From the NCBI RefSeq assembly GCF_905372115.1, contig NZ_CAJPNR010000004.1, forward strand, positions 3,062 through 67,061: 64,000 bases of DNA, read 5' to 3'. The notes below the pieces were generated by a model. The model saw only the letters and a program-made list of their open reading frames with translations, made no database searches and was not told the origin of the DNA. Shown here in pieces: positions 48,924 to 56,800 of the stretch; the stretch's first letter is position 1, and each line of letters starts with the position of its first letter. The position numbers and the translations under genes are program-made. This DNA comes from an uncultured Streptococcus sp. GTDB lineage: Bacteria; Bacillota; Bacilli; Lactobacillales; Streptococcaceae.

Positions 48924-49049
48924 GATTGCAGCCTCCTTTTCTTTGCTAACTCTATCCTAACAGCTTTTATTTATCTTGAGAATACAGCTTCCTGTACATT
49001 TTGTCAACCGCTGGTTGCACTTCTATTTGCAGTTTCCAGACAGAAAATA

Positions 49050-49058
49050 TGATATACT
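49050..49058 (+). promoter_or_regulatory. Extended -10 of the ruvA-tag promoter
   Basis: TGaTATACT, 35 nt before the ruvA ATG. Confidence 0.5.
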
Positions 49059-49092
49059 AGATAGGCAAAATGATACAAAAAGAAGGAAGATT

Positions 49093-49683
49093 ATGTACGA
49101 ATATTTTAAAGGAATCATCAGCAAGATTACAGCCAAATACATTGTGTTGGAAGTCAACTCTATCGGCTATATTCTTCATGTGGCCAATCCTTATGCTTAC
49201 TCAGGGCATCTTCATCAGGAAGCCAAGGTCTATGTACACCAGGTGGTGAGAGAAGACGCGGAGCTCCTTTACGGCTTTGCGACTGAGGAGGAGAAGCAAC
49301 TCTTTCTCAGCTTGATTTCAGTCTCAGGTATTGGCCCAGTGTCTGCTCTGGCTATTATTGCGGCGGATGATAATGCTGGCTTAGTACAAGCCATTGAGCA
49401 GAAAAACATCACCTACCTGACTAAGTTTCCTAAGATTGGTAAGAAGACAGCCCAGCAGATGGTGCTGGACTTGGAAGGCAAAGTAGTGGCGGCAGATGGT
49501 CCAGCAGAAAGCAAGGCGCCCGTCCAGACTGCGGATAATCAGGAGCTGGAAGAAGCCATGGAAGCCATGCTGGCTCTGGGCTACAAAGCTGCTGAACTCA
49601 AGAAAATCAAGAAATTCTTTGAAGGAACGACGGATACAGCAGAAAACTATATCAAGTCTGCTCTTAAGATGTTGGTGAAATAG
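49093..49683 (+). CDS. ruvA: Holliday junction branch migration complex subunit RuvA
   Basis: [12 protein letters not shown]...; HhH motifs ([33 protein letters not shown]); ATG at 49093 after GAAGGAAG. Confidence 0.95.
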   Translation: MYEYFKGIISKITAKYIVLEVNSIGYILHVANPYAYSGHLHQEAKVYVHQVVREDAELLYGFATEEEKQLFLSLISVSGIGPVSALAIIAADDNAGLVQAIEQKNITYLTKFPKIGKKTAQQMVLDLEGKVVAADGPAESKAPVQTADNQELEEAMEAMLALGYKAAELKKIKKFFEGTTDTAENYIKSALKMLVK

Positions 49684-49692
49684 GAGAAAGTT

Positions 49693-50247
49693 ATGACTAA
49701 ACGCTGCGGTTGGGTAAAGATGAACACTCCTTTATATGTGGCCTATCATGATGAGGAGTGGGGCAAACCCCTCCATGATGATCAGAAGTTATTTGAATTG
49801 CTCTGCATGGAGACCTATCAGGCTGGACTTTCTTGGGAAACCATTCTGAATAAACGTCAGGCTTTTCAGGAAGCTTTTCATTTCTATGATGCCCAGAAAA
49901 TTGCTCAGATGACGGATGCAGATCTGGATGGTTTGTTGGACAATCCTGACATCATCCGTAACAAGATGAAGATTTATGCAACTAGGGCTAATGCCCAAGC
50001 TTTTTTGGCTGTTCAAAAGCAGTTTGGCTCTTTTAATGACTATATCTGGTCCTTTGTCGGTTTCAAAACGATTGACAATCAAATTACGAACTACAAGGAA
50101 GCACCTACTAAGACAGAGCTGTCAGAAACTATGTCCAAGGCGCTGAAAAAGCAAGGCTTCAAGTTTGTCGGTCCAGTTTGTGTCTATTCATTCCTAGAAG
50201 CAGCTGGACTTATCAATGACCATGAAAAGGGTTGTGACTGGAAGTAG
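49693..50247 (+). CDS. tag: DNA-3-methyladenine glycosylase I
   Basis: 184 aa with YHDEEWGKPLHDDQKLFELLCMETYQAGLSW. Confidence 0.93.
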   Translation: MTKRCGWVKMNTPLYVAYHDEEWGKPLHDDQKLFELLCMETYQAGLSWETILNKRQAFQEAFHFYDAQKIAQMTDADLDGLLDNPDIIRNKMKIYATRANAQAFLAVQKQFGSFNDYIWSFVGFKTIDNQITNYKEAPTKTELSETMSKALKKQGFKFVGPVCVYSFLEAAGLINDHEKGCDWK

Positions 50248-50248
50248 A

Positions 50249-50380
50249 ATGATGAAAACCAGAAAATTTCAGCTTATTTTTATTTCTCTCTATTCAATTC
50301 TATTTATAGGCAGAGGGTTGCAGCTTATTGGTCAAAAATGGCTGAATTATCTGCTTCATTTCCTTATTGACCATAATTAA
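50249..50380 (+). CDS. Unannotated 43-aa small hydrophobic ORF directly after tag
   Basis: MMKTRKFQLIFISLYSILFIGRGLQLIGQKWLNYLLHFLIDHN. ATG lies 2 nt after the tag stop, GGAAG lies 4-7 nt upstream, and a strong terminator follows 4 nt after the stop. It is below the ORF-track length cut-off. Confidence 0.3.
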   Translation: MMKTRKFQLIFISLYSILFIGRGLQLIGQKWLNYLLHFLIDHN

Positions 50381-50383
50381 ATG

Positions 50384-50417
50384 AAAACCTAGAAGTTCCA
50401 GACCTCTAGGTTTTTTT
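50384..50417. terminator. Bidirectional terminator (tag / small ORF versus the XRE gene)
   Basis: AAAACCTAGA-(11 nt)-TCTAGGTTTT perfect 10-bp stem followed by TTT. Confidence 0.85.
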
Positions 50418-50435
50418 GTTATTCTCTTTATATCC

Positions 50436-50846
50436 TTACTCTCCTTTCTGCATCCAAATCTTTTCCTTGATAAAGATGCGTAATTCATAGAAAAGCATAA
50501 AGAGGGTGGAGATGAGGAAGCCAGCCATAAAGATATGATGCAAATAGGCAAAAATAGCAATCTCAACCAAAACGGAGAAGAGATAGAAAATGACTAAATA
50601 ATGCCATTTCTTAGCCTTACTATCTTCGATGACCTTTTTCTCCAAGCGCTCATCCTCCTTGATGAGTGTGTCCAGACTGATATCGAACTCCCGACTGATA
50701 GCGATGAGATTTCCAATATCAGGGATACCTTTTTCGCTTTCCCAGCGGGCAATGGCGGAGCGGGAAACCTTGAGTCTTTCCGCCAAAGCCTCCTGAGTGA
50801 GTTGATTTTGTTGACGAATATCTTTGAGAACTTGTGAAATTTTCAT
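50436..50846 (-). CDS. Second XRE-family HTH regulator with a C-terminal two-TM anchor
   Basis: HTH_3 (IRQQNQLTQEALAERLKVSRSAIARWESEKGIPDIGNLIAISREF) followed by two hydrophobic helices. Confidence 0.8.
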   Translation of the reverse strand: MKISQVLKDIRQQNQLTQEALAERLKVSRSAIARWESEKGIPDIGNLIAISREFDISLDTLIKEDERLEKKVIEDSKAKKWHYLVIFYLFSVLVEIAIFAYLHHIFMAGFLISTLFMLFYELRIFIKEKIWMQKGE

Positions 50847-50901
50847 GATGATCTCCTTTCTTCAAATAAAATTATTTAGATGATTTTATTTTTTCATCTT
50901 T

Positions 50902-50930
50902 ATTATAAAAATAATGAAACCATTTGCCAA
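50902..50930 (-). promoter_or_regulatory. Promoter of the second XRE gene
   Basis: Minus strand -35 TTGGCA (50930-50925), 17-nt spacer, -10 TATAAT (50907-50902). Confidence 0.5.
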
Positions 50931-50998
50931 TAGCATTTCCCTAACAATCTAGTTATTCTGCATAACACCAGTCCTTTTTAAAAGTTTTTCACAGCATG

Positions 50999-51014
50999 TT
51001 GACAAGTTTGTCAA
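50999..51014. promoter_or_regulatory. Inverted repeat TTGACAA-gt-TTGTCAA between the XRE gene and cinA
   Basis: 7-bp arms, with a third TTGACA 6 nt downstream (51020-51025). Confidence 0.3.
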
Positions 51015-51091
51015 GGAGCTTGACAGCTCTTTTTATTTCTTGAAATGAAAATCAACTTTTTTAAGATTTTTTGTGATAAAATAAAGCCAAT

Positions 51092-51099
51092 TCCGAATA
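51092..51099 (+). promoter_or_regulatory. cin-box-like (ComX/SigX) element upstream of cinA
   Basis: TCCGAATA versus consensus TACGAATA, with T-rich tracts upstream (TTTTTTAAGATTTTTT); 17 nt before the cinA ATG. Confidence 0.45.
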
Positions 51100-51116
51100 G
51101 TAAGATAGGAGGTTTT

Positions 51117-52373
51117 ATGAAAGCAGAAATTATTGCTGTGGGCACCGAGATTCTGACAGGTCAGATTGTCAATACCAATGCCCAATTTTTATCTGAAAAA
51201 CTGGCGAGTCTAGGGATTGATGTTTATTTTCAAACAGCAGTGGGGGACAATGAAAATCGTCTCCTCTCTGTTTTGGAAATTGCTCAAGGGCGTAGTAATC
51301 TGATTATCCTAACAGGAGGCTTGGGGCCAACAGAGGATGATTTGACCAAGCAGACCTTGGCTAAGTTCTTAGGACGTGAGCTCATTTTTGACTCACAGAC
51401 TGTGGAAAAGCTGGATCGCTTTTTTGCTAGTCGACCAGATTATGCTCGAACTCCCAATAATGAGCGTCAGGCCCAGCTGGTCGAAGGCTCAACTCCGTTA
51501 CCAAATGCGACCGGCTTAGCTGTCGGAGGATTGTTAGAAGCAGACGGAGTGACCTATGTAGTCCTGCCTGGCCCGCCTAGTGAGCTCAAGCCCATGGTCA
51601 ATAACGAGCTGGTTCCCCTCTTATACACAGGTCAGAAATTGTATTCACAGGTGCTGCGCTTCTTTGGTATCGGCGAGAGTCAGCTAGTGACTATTTTGTC
51701 AGAGATGATTGAGCAGCAGAGTGACCCCACCATTGCTCCTTATGCAAAGACAGGGGAAGTTACCCTGCGACTGTCCACCAAGGCTCTGAGTCAGGCAGAA
51801 GCCGATACCAAGTTTGAGGCTGTGGAAAAGGAAATTTTGGGACACAAGACTTTTGACGGACAGTCGCTGTCAGAGATTTTCTATGGTTATGGGGATGACA
51901 ATTCCTTGGCACAGGTGGCTTTTGAGTTGCTGAAGAGTCAAGGGAAGACGATTTCGGCGGCGGAGAGTCTGACAGCTGGCCTCTTTCAAGCGACCTTGGC
52001 TGATTTTGCTGGAGCCTCTTCCATTTTTTCAGGTGGCTTTGTCACCTACAGCATGGAGGAAAAGAGCCGGATGCTGGATATTCCGTTGGGAGACTTGGAG
52101 AAGCATGGAGTTGTTTCAGCTTTTACGGCAGGGAAAATGGCAGAGCAGGCTAGAAAGCTGACCGAAAGTGACCTAGCTGTCAGTCTGACAGGTGTGGCTG
52201 GTCCAGAGTCACTGGAAGGCCATCCAGCAGGGACCGTTTTTATCGGCTTAGCTAGTGCTGCTGGAACAGAAACTATTAAGGTCAATATTGCTGGACGCAG
52301 TCGGCGTGATGTGCGGAAAATTGCTGTTCTGCACGCCTTCAACCTAGTACGAAAAACTTTATTAAATAGCTGA
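51117..52373 (+). CDS. cinA: Competence/damage-inducible protein CinA
   Basis: [29 protein letters not shown]; MoCF-like N-domain plus C-terminal PncC-type domain; ATG at 51117 after AGGAGG. Confidence 0.93.
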   Translation: MKAEIIAVGTEILTGQIVNTNAQFLSEKLASLGIDVYFQTAVGDNENRLLSVLEIAQGRSNLIILTGGLGPTEDDLTKQTLAKFLGRELIFDSQTVEKLDRFFASRPDYARTPNNERQAQLVEGSTPLPNATGLAVGGLLEADGVTYVVLPGPPSELKPMVNNELVPLLYTGQKLYSQVLRFFGIGESQLVTILSEMIEQQSDPTIAPYAKTGEVTLRLSTKALSQAEADTKFEAVEKEILGHKTFDGQSLSEIFYGYGDDNSLAQVAFELLKSQGKTISAAESLTAGLFQATLADFAGASSIFSGGFVTYSMEEKSRMLDIPLGDLEKHGVVSAFTAGKMAEQARKLTESDLAVSLTGVAGPESLEGHPAGTVFIGLASAAGTETIKVNIAGRSRRDVRKIAVLHAFNLVRKTLLNS

Positions 52374-52431
52374 TTTTTGGTATAATGACGAAGATGGCCA
52401 AAAGACATTTTAGAAAAAACAGGAGAAATAA

Positions 52432-53580
52432 ATGGCAAAGAAACAAAAAAAATTAGACGAAATCTCAAAGAAATTCGGCGATGAGCGCCAAAAAGCCTTG
52501 GATAATGCTCTTAAAAACATTGAAAAGGACTTTGGTAAGGGAGCTATTATGCGTCTTGGCGAGCGGGCAGAGCAAAAGGTTCAAGTTATGAGTTCTGGCT
52601 CTTTGGCCTTGGATATTGCCCTTGGCGCTGGGGGTTATCCTAAGGGACGGATTATTGAAATCTATGGTCCAGAGTCTTCTGGTAAGACAACCGTTGCTCT
52701 TCACGCAGTTGCTCAAGCGCAAAAAGAAGGTGGTATCGCAGCCTTTATCGATGCTGAGCATGCTTTAGACCCGTCATACGCGGCTGCTCTGGGTGTCAAT
52801 ATTGATGAGTTACTGCTGTCTCAACCTGATTCTGGAGAACAGGGACTGGAAATTGCTGGTAAGCTGATTGACTCAGGTGCGGTGGACTTGGTGGTTGTGG
52901 ACTCAGTTGCAGCCCTTGTACCGCGTGCAGAAATCGATGGCGATATCGGTGACAGCCATGTCGGTTTGCAGGCTCGGATGATGAGTCAGGCTATGCGCAA
53001 GCTGTCTGCTTCTATCAACAAAACGAAGACGATTGCAATTTTCATTAACCAGCTGCGCGAAAAAGTTGGCGTAATGTTTGGTAATCCTGAAACAACACCA
53101 GGTGGCCGTGCACTGAAGTTCTATGCTTCTGTCCGTTTAGATGTCCGTGGTAATACTCAAATCAAGGGAACTGGTGATGAGAAGGATACCAATGTTGGTA
53201 AAGAAACCAAGATCAAGGTTGTTAAAAATAAGGTTGCTCCGCCATTCAAGGAAGCCTTTGTAGAAATCATGTACGGGGAAGGTATTTCTAAGACAGGTGA
53301 GTTGATTAAGATTGCGACTGATTTGGATATCATCAAAAAAGCTGGTGCTTGGTACTCCTACAATGATGAAAAGATTGGTCAAGGAACTGAAAATGCTAAG
53401 AAGTACTTGGCTGATCATCCAGAAGTCTTTGACGAAATTGACCGCCAGGTTCGTGTACGTTATGGTTTGATTGAAGGCGATGACTTGGCAGAAGCGGTTG
53501 GCAACAAGGCTGACAGCCCTGTGGAAACGATGGAAGAAGTGACTCTGGATTTGGACGATGCCATCGAAATTGAAGAGTAA
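52432..53580 (+). CDS. recA: Recombinase RecA
   Basis: Walker [29 protein letters not shown]. Confidence 0.98.
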   Translation: MAKKQKKLDEISKKFGDERQKALDNALKNIEKDFGKGAIMRLGERAEQKVQVMSSGSLALDIALGAGGYPKGRIIEIYGPESSGKTTVALHAVAQAQKEGGIAAFIDAEHALDPSYAAALGVNIDELLLSQPDSGEQGLEIAGKLIDSGAVDLVVVDSVAALVPRAEIDGDIGDSHVGLQARMMSQAMRKLSASINKTKTIAIFINQLREKVGVMFGNPETTPGGRALKFYASVRLDVRGNTQIKGTGDEKDTNVGKETKIKVVKNKVAPPFKEAFVEIMYGEGISKTGELIKIATDLDIIKKAGAWYSYNDEKIGQGTENAKKYLADHPEVFDEIDRQVRVRYGLIEGDDLAEAVGNKADSPVETMEEVTLDLDDAIEIEE

Positions 53581-53615
53581 TTTTGCAAAATAGGTCGCAA
53601 GACCGATGGTTTTTG

Positions 53616-53624
53616 TGATATAAT
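53616..53624 (+). promoter_or_regulatory. Extended -10 upstream of spx
   Basis: TGaTATAAT, 42 nt before the ATG. Confidence 0.5.
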
Positions 53625-53665
53625 AGACTACGATATTAGTATCGTGTAGCGAAAGGAGTACTTAC

Positions 53666-54064
53666 ATGATCACAATCTATACTGTCTCAAGTTGTACTAG
53701 TTGTAAAAAAGCAAAAACCTGGCTAAACGCTCATCAATTAACTTATAAAGAACAAAATTTAGGCAAAGAAGGCATCACCAAAGAGGAACTTCTGGATATT
53801 TTAACCAAAACAGAAAATGGTATCGCGAGCATTGTTTCATCAAAAAACCGCTATGCTAAAGGTTTGGGTGTTGACATTGAGGAATTAAGTGTCAACGAAG
53901 TTCTTGACATCATCATGGAGACCCCACGTATTTTGAAAAGTCCCATTTTAGTGGATGATAAACGTCTCCAAGTTGGTTACAAAGAAGATGATATCCGTGC
54001 TTTTCTGCCACGTTCTGTTCGCAATGTTGAAAATGCAGAAGCTCGTCTGCGAGCAGCTCTTTAA
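53666..54064 (+). CDS. spx: Spx-family redox-sensing transcriptional regulator (ArsC fold)
   Basis: 132 aa starting MITIYTVSSCTSCKKAKTWL, with the CxxC motif. Confidence 0.93.
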   Translation: MITIYTVSSCTSCKKAKTWLNAHQLTYKEQNLGKEGITKEELLDILTKTENGIASIVSSKNRYAKGLGVDIEELSVNEVLDIIMETPRILKSPILVDDKRLQVGYKEDDIRAFLPRSVRNVENAEARLRAAL

Positions 54065-54082
54065 ACTTTGAATATAACTGAA

Positions 54083-54115
54083 AGAGTCGGGAAGAGAATC
54101 TCGGCTCTTCTTTTT
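54083..54115 (+). terminator. spx terminator
   Basis: AGAGTCGGGA-agagaa-TCTCGGCTCT (two G:U pairs) followed by TCTTTTT. Confidence 0.75.
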
Positions 54116-54199
54116 GTTCAGGTTGATAGCAGTCTTTGGCGACTGGATGGATTGACAAGGAGCAGAACTGTGATACAATATCTCTGAGGAGGATGGAAG

Positions 54200-54772
54200 A
54201 TGAAGAAAATTTTAGTAGGACTGGGATTGAGTGTGGCACTGTTAGCAGGCTGTGGACATAAAAAGACAGAGACGAATTCGAATGCGGCTGACAAGAAAGA
54301 AATCAGCAATAATCTGCCTATCATTGATAATGCCAAGCAGCAGGAAGTGATTACTCGGACGCTTGTTTTTCCAAAGGATGAACGAGGAAACCAGCAGAGT
54401 CAGACAGTAACTTATCAGGGAGAGCATTTTAAACGCTTGGTTATTGAAAGGCTGACTGCGACTGATGATGAGATGAAAGAAGCCATCAAGCAGATGGGGC
54501 TGGAGGAAGCGCAGAAGTCGCTCAATGAGTCACTGGAGCAGGATGCAGACTATGTGCAGGCTCGTGGACTTCAAGGTTTTAGCGGCTCAGTGACAATTTT
54601 GAATGAGAACGAGCTGAAAATGACTTCTACCTATGACTTTGAGAGTTTGGATATCGAAAAAGCAGCGGCTATGCCTTATTTTCAAAATCTCAAGTTCAAA
54701 GAAATGATTAAGCTGACGCCAGAAGAATACATCAACAATCTCCTGATGAATGGAGCAGAAGAGCAGAAATAA
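54200..54772 (+). CDS. Lipoprotein (YehR/DUF1307-like), paralog 1
   Basis: Lipobox LLAGC; 190 aa; colinear similarity with the next gene. Confidence 0.75.
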   Translation: MKKILVGLGLSVALLAGCGHKKTETNSNAADKKEISNNLPIIDNAKQQEVITRTLVFPKDERGNQQSQTVTYQGEHFKRLVIERLTATDDEMKEAIKQMGLEEAQKSLNESLEQDADYVQARGLQGFSGSVTILNENELKMTSTYDFESLDIEKAAAMPYFQNLKFKEMIKLTPEEYINNLLMNGAEEQK

Positions 54773-54786
54773 GCTGCTCTTTTTTA
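54760..54786 (+). terminator. Terminator overlapping the stop of lipoprotein 1
   Basis: AGAGCAG-aaataag-CTGCTCT followed by TTTTT. Confidence 0.7.
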
Positions 54787-54877
54787 TTACATTTTAATGA
54801 CAGAGTGACAATCAGTTTGACAGCGCCGTTTTTATAATGATATGATAAAATCAGTTCAATATTGAAGGAGATAAGAC

Positions 54878-55420
54878 ATGAGAAAATTAATTGTCTTTTT
54901 GCTGACAGCTTTGGCAATCTTAACGGCTTGCAGTCAGCAGTCAAATAGCAGTTCATCCTCACAGGGAGGGGCTGGAAAAGGAGATATTGTCACTAAGTCC
55001 TATAAAACTGAGAAGCAATTAGAACATGGGAAAGAAACCAGAATCTTAACAGTCAGCTACAGCGGACAGAAGTATGAGAAGGTTATCCTGCATGTCAGCA
55101 AGGCTATTCCTGACAACATCAAGGAAGCTCTGTCAAAACAGGATGTTTCCACTGTAAAGAAAGAAATGCTGTCTTTGATCGAAGAAGCACTGGGTCTGAA
55201 AGAGGCGGTGAATATCACCGGTCTTGACTTGAAAACAGATATGACAGCTGAAGAGATTTCTCTGGAGATGACTATCGATCCTGAGAATCTAGACTACGAA
55301 GCAGCCAAAAAGCTTCCAAACTACGCGCAGCTGTTTGAGCAAATCGAGACCCTGAGTCCGGAAGAATTGCTTAACAAGTTTAAGGGAAGCGACGGTGTGG
55401 AAGTGCCGTCTTCAAATTAG
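54878..55420 (+). CDS. Lipoprotein (YehR/DUF1307-like), paralog 2
   Basis: Lipobox ILTAC; 180 aa. Shared blocks: TV(T/S)Y.G..(F/Y).(R/K)(L/V)(V/I), D.E(S/N)LD.E.AA..P.(F/Y), L(T/S)PEE. Confidence 0.75.
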   Translation: MRKLIVFLLTALAILTACSQQSNSSSSSQGGAGKGDIVTKSYKTEKQLEHGKETRILTVSYSGQKYEKVILHVSKAIPDNIKEALSKQDVSTVKKEMLSLIEEALGLKEAVNITGLDLKTDMTAEEISLEMTIDPENLDYEAAKKLPNYAQLFEQIETLSPEELLNKFKGSDGVEVPSSN

Positions 55421-55430
55421 GAAGTTTCCA

Positions 55431-55459
55431 TCCAGTTCTCTGAAGAGAGCTGGATTTTT
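55431..55459 (+). terminator. Terminator after lipoprotein 2
   Basis: TCCAGTTCTC-tgaa-GAGAGCTGGA followed by TTTTT. Confidence 0.8.
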
Positions 55460-55538
55460 GCTGGATTTCAGAGCCAGACTTCGGATAAATATTAGCTAAA
55501 GCTTATTGAAAAATTAGGAGAATTCAGGTGAATTAAAT

Positions 55539-55567
55539 TTGTGAAAAGCCTATAATTATGCTATAAT
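55539..55567 (+). promoter_or_regulatory. Promoter of the ireB-ruvX-DUF1292 operon
   Basis: -35 TTGTGA, 17-nt spacer, -10 TATAAT (55562-55567); a second TATAAT lies at 55551. Confidence 0.55.
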
Positions 55568-55597
55568 AGGGATATTCTAAAGAAAGAGGGTGTAATT

Positions 55598-55864
55598 GTG
55601 GGATTTACAGATGAAACAGTACGTTTTAATCTCGATGATTCAAATAAAAAGGAAATTAGCGAGACTTTGACCGATGTCTACAAGTCGCTCAATGAAAAAG
55701 GATACAATCCAATTAATCAAATCGTGGGATACGTACTCAGTGGCGATCCTGCGTACGTACCTCGCTATAACAACGCCCGCAATCAAATCCGCAAATACGA
55801 GCGCGATGAGATTGTTGAGGAGTTGGTTCGTTATTATTTGAAAGGACAAGGCGTCGATCTCTAA
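55598..55864 (+). CDS. ireB: IreB-family regulatory phosphoprotein (UPF0297)
   Basis: 88 aa, GTG start, with [41 protein letters not shown]. Confidence 0.85.
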   Translation: MGFTDETVRFNLDDSNKKEISETLTDVYKSLNEKGYNPINQIVGYVLSGDPAYVPRYNNARNQIRKYERDEIVEELVRYYLKGQGVDL

Positions 55865-56283
55865 TGAGAATTATGGGATTAGATGTGGGCTCAAAAACGG
55901 TTGGGGTTGCCATTAGTGACCCTCTTGGTTTTACGGCTCAAGGACTGGAGATTATTCCGATTCATGAAGATAAGGGCGAATTTGGCCTAGAGCGCTTGAG
56001 CGAGCTGGTTAAAGAGTATAAGGTTGATAAGTTTGTTATTGGCCTGCCTAAGAATATGAACAATACCAGTGGGCCTCGAGTGGAGGCTAGTCAGGCTTAT
56101 GGCCAGCGGGTTGCTGAGCTGTTTGGTCTGCCGGTTGACTATCAGGATGAGCGCCTGACGACGGTGGCTGCCGAGCGCATGCTGGTGGAGCAGGCGGACA
56201 TTAGCCGCAGCAAGCGTAAGAAAGTCATTGATAAGCTGGCAGCGCAGCTGATTTTGCAGAATTATCTGGATCGAAATTTTTAG
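55864..56283 (+). CDS. ruvX: Putative pre-16S rRNA nuclease / Holliday junction resolvase-like protein (YqgF)
   Basis: [19 protein letters not shown]; 139 aa; 1-nt overlap with ireB (TAATG). Confidence 0.93.
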   Translation: MRIMGLDVGSKTVGVAISDPLGFTAQGLEIIPIHEDKGEFGLERLSELVKEYKVDKFVIGLPKNMNNTSGPRVEASQAYGQRVAELFGLPVDYQDERLTTVAAERMLVEQADISRSKRKKVIDKLAAQLILQNYLDRNF

Positions 56284-56307
56284 AAAAGAAATGAAGGAGA
56301 CACTAGT

Positions 56308-56619
56308 ATGACACATGATCATAACCATGACCACGAGCATGAAGAGCGTGAATTAATCACCTTGGTTGACGAGCAAGGAAACGAAACTTTATTTGAAATT
56401 CTTTTGACCATTGATGGTAAGGAAGAGTTTGGCAAGAATTATGTTCTTTTGATTCCGGCTAATGCGGAAGAAGATGAGAACGGTGAGGTAGAGATTCAAG
56501 CTTATTCCTTTACCGAAAATGAAGACGGTACAGAAGGCGACCTGCAGCCAATCCCAGAAGACTCAGATGCTGAATGGGATATGATTGAAGAAGTCTTCAA
56601 CAGCTTTATGGAGGAGTAA
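56308..56619 (+). CDS. DUF1292 (UPF0473) protein with a His/Asp/Glu-rich N-terminus
   Basis: 103 aa with [32 protein letters not shown]; conserved trio with ireB and ruvX. Confidence 0.85.
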   Translation: MTHDHNHDHEHEERELITLVDEQGNETLFEILLTIDGKEEFGKNYVLLIPANAEEDENGEVEIQAYSFTENEDGTEGDLQPIPEDSDAEWDMIEEVFNSFMEE

Positions 56620-56800
56620 GACTAGCCTAGTCTCATTTCCAGAAATGGACAAGTGCGGGTGAAAAGCTAGCTAAACTTGACAGAAGAAGGAGGTAGCCAA
56701 GACTCGGCTATTTTCTATCTCGTATCATAAACATTAGAAAGAGGAGCGAGTTGCAATTCAGATTTGAGTTCTGCTTCGCTGCTCTTTTTTGGGTAAGAAA

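Noticed and set aside
49050-49065. Near-identical 16-mer TGATATACTAGAT(A/G)GG at the ruvA promoter (49050) and at 60612.
   Set aside because: It is largely the extended -10 consensus (TGnTATAMT). A rough estimate gives tens of 15/16 matches expected by chance among all position pairs in a 64-kb AT-rich window, so it is not evidence of a shared regulatory element.
50300-50566. 88-aa minus-strand ORF spanning the tag/XRE intergenic terminator.
   Set aside because: It overlaps the 3' part of the well-supported XRE gene in another frame and runs through a bidirectional terminator. It has no RBS.
56741-56790. Terminator immediately upstream of folC (GAGCGA...TCGCTGCTC followed by TTTTTT).
   Set aside because: The stem is short and bulged with a 24-nt loop. 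It would leave folC with no room for a promoter, so it is not reported as a feature.
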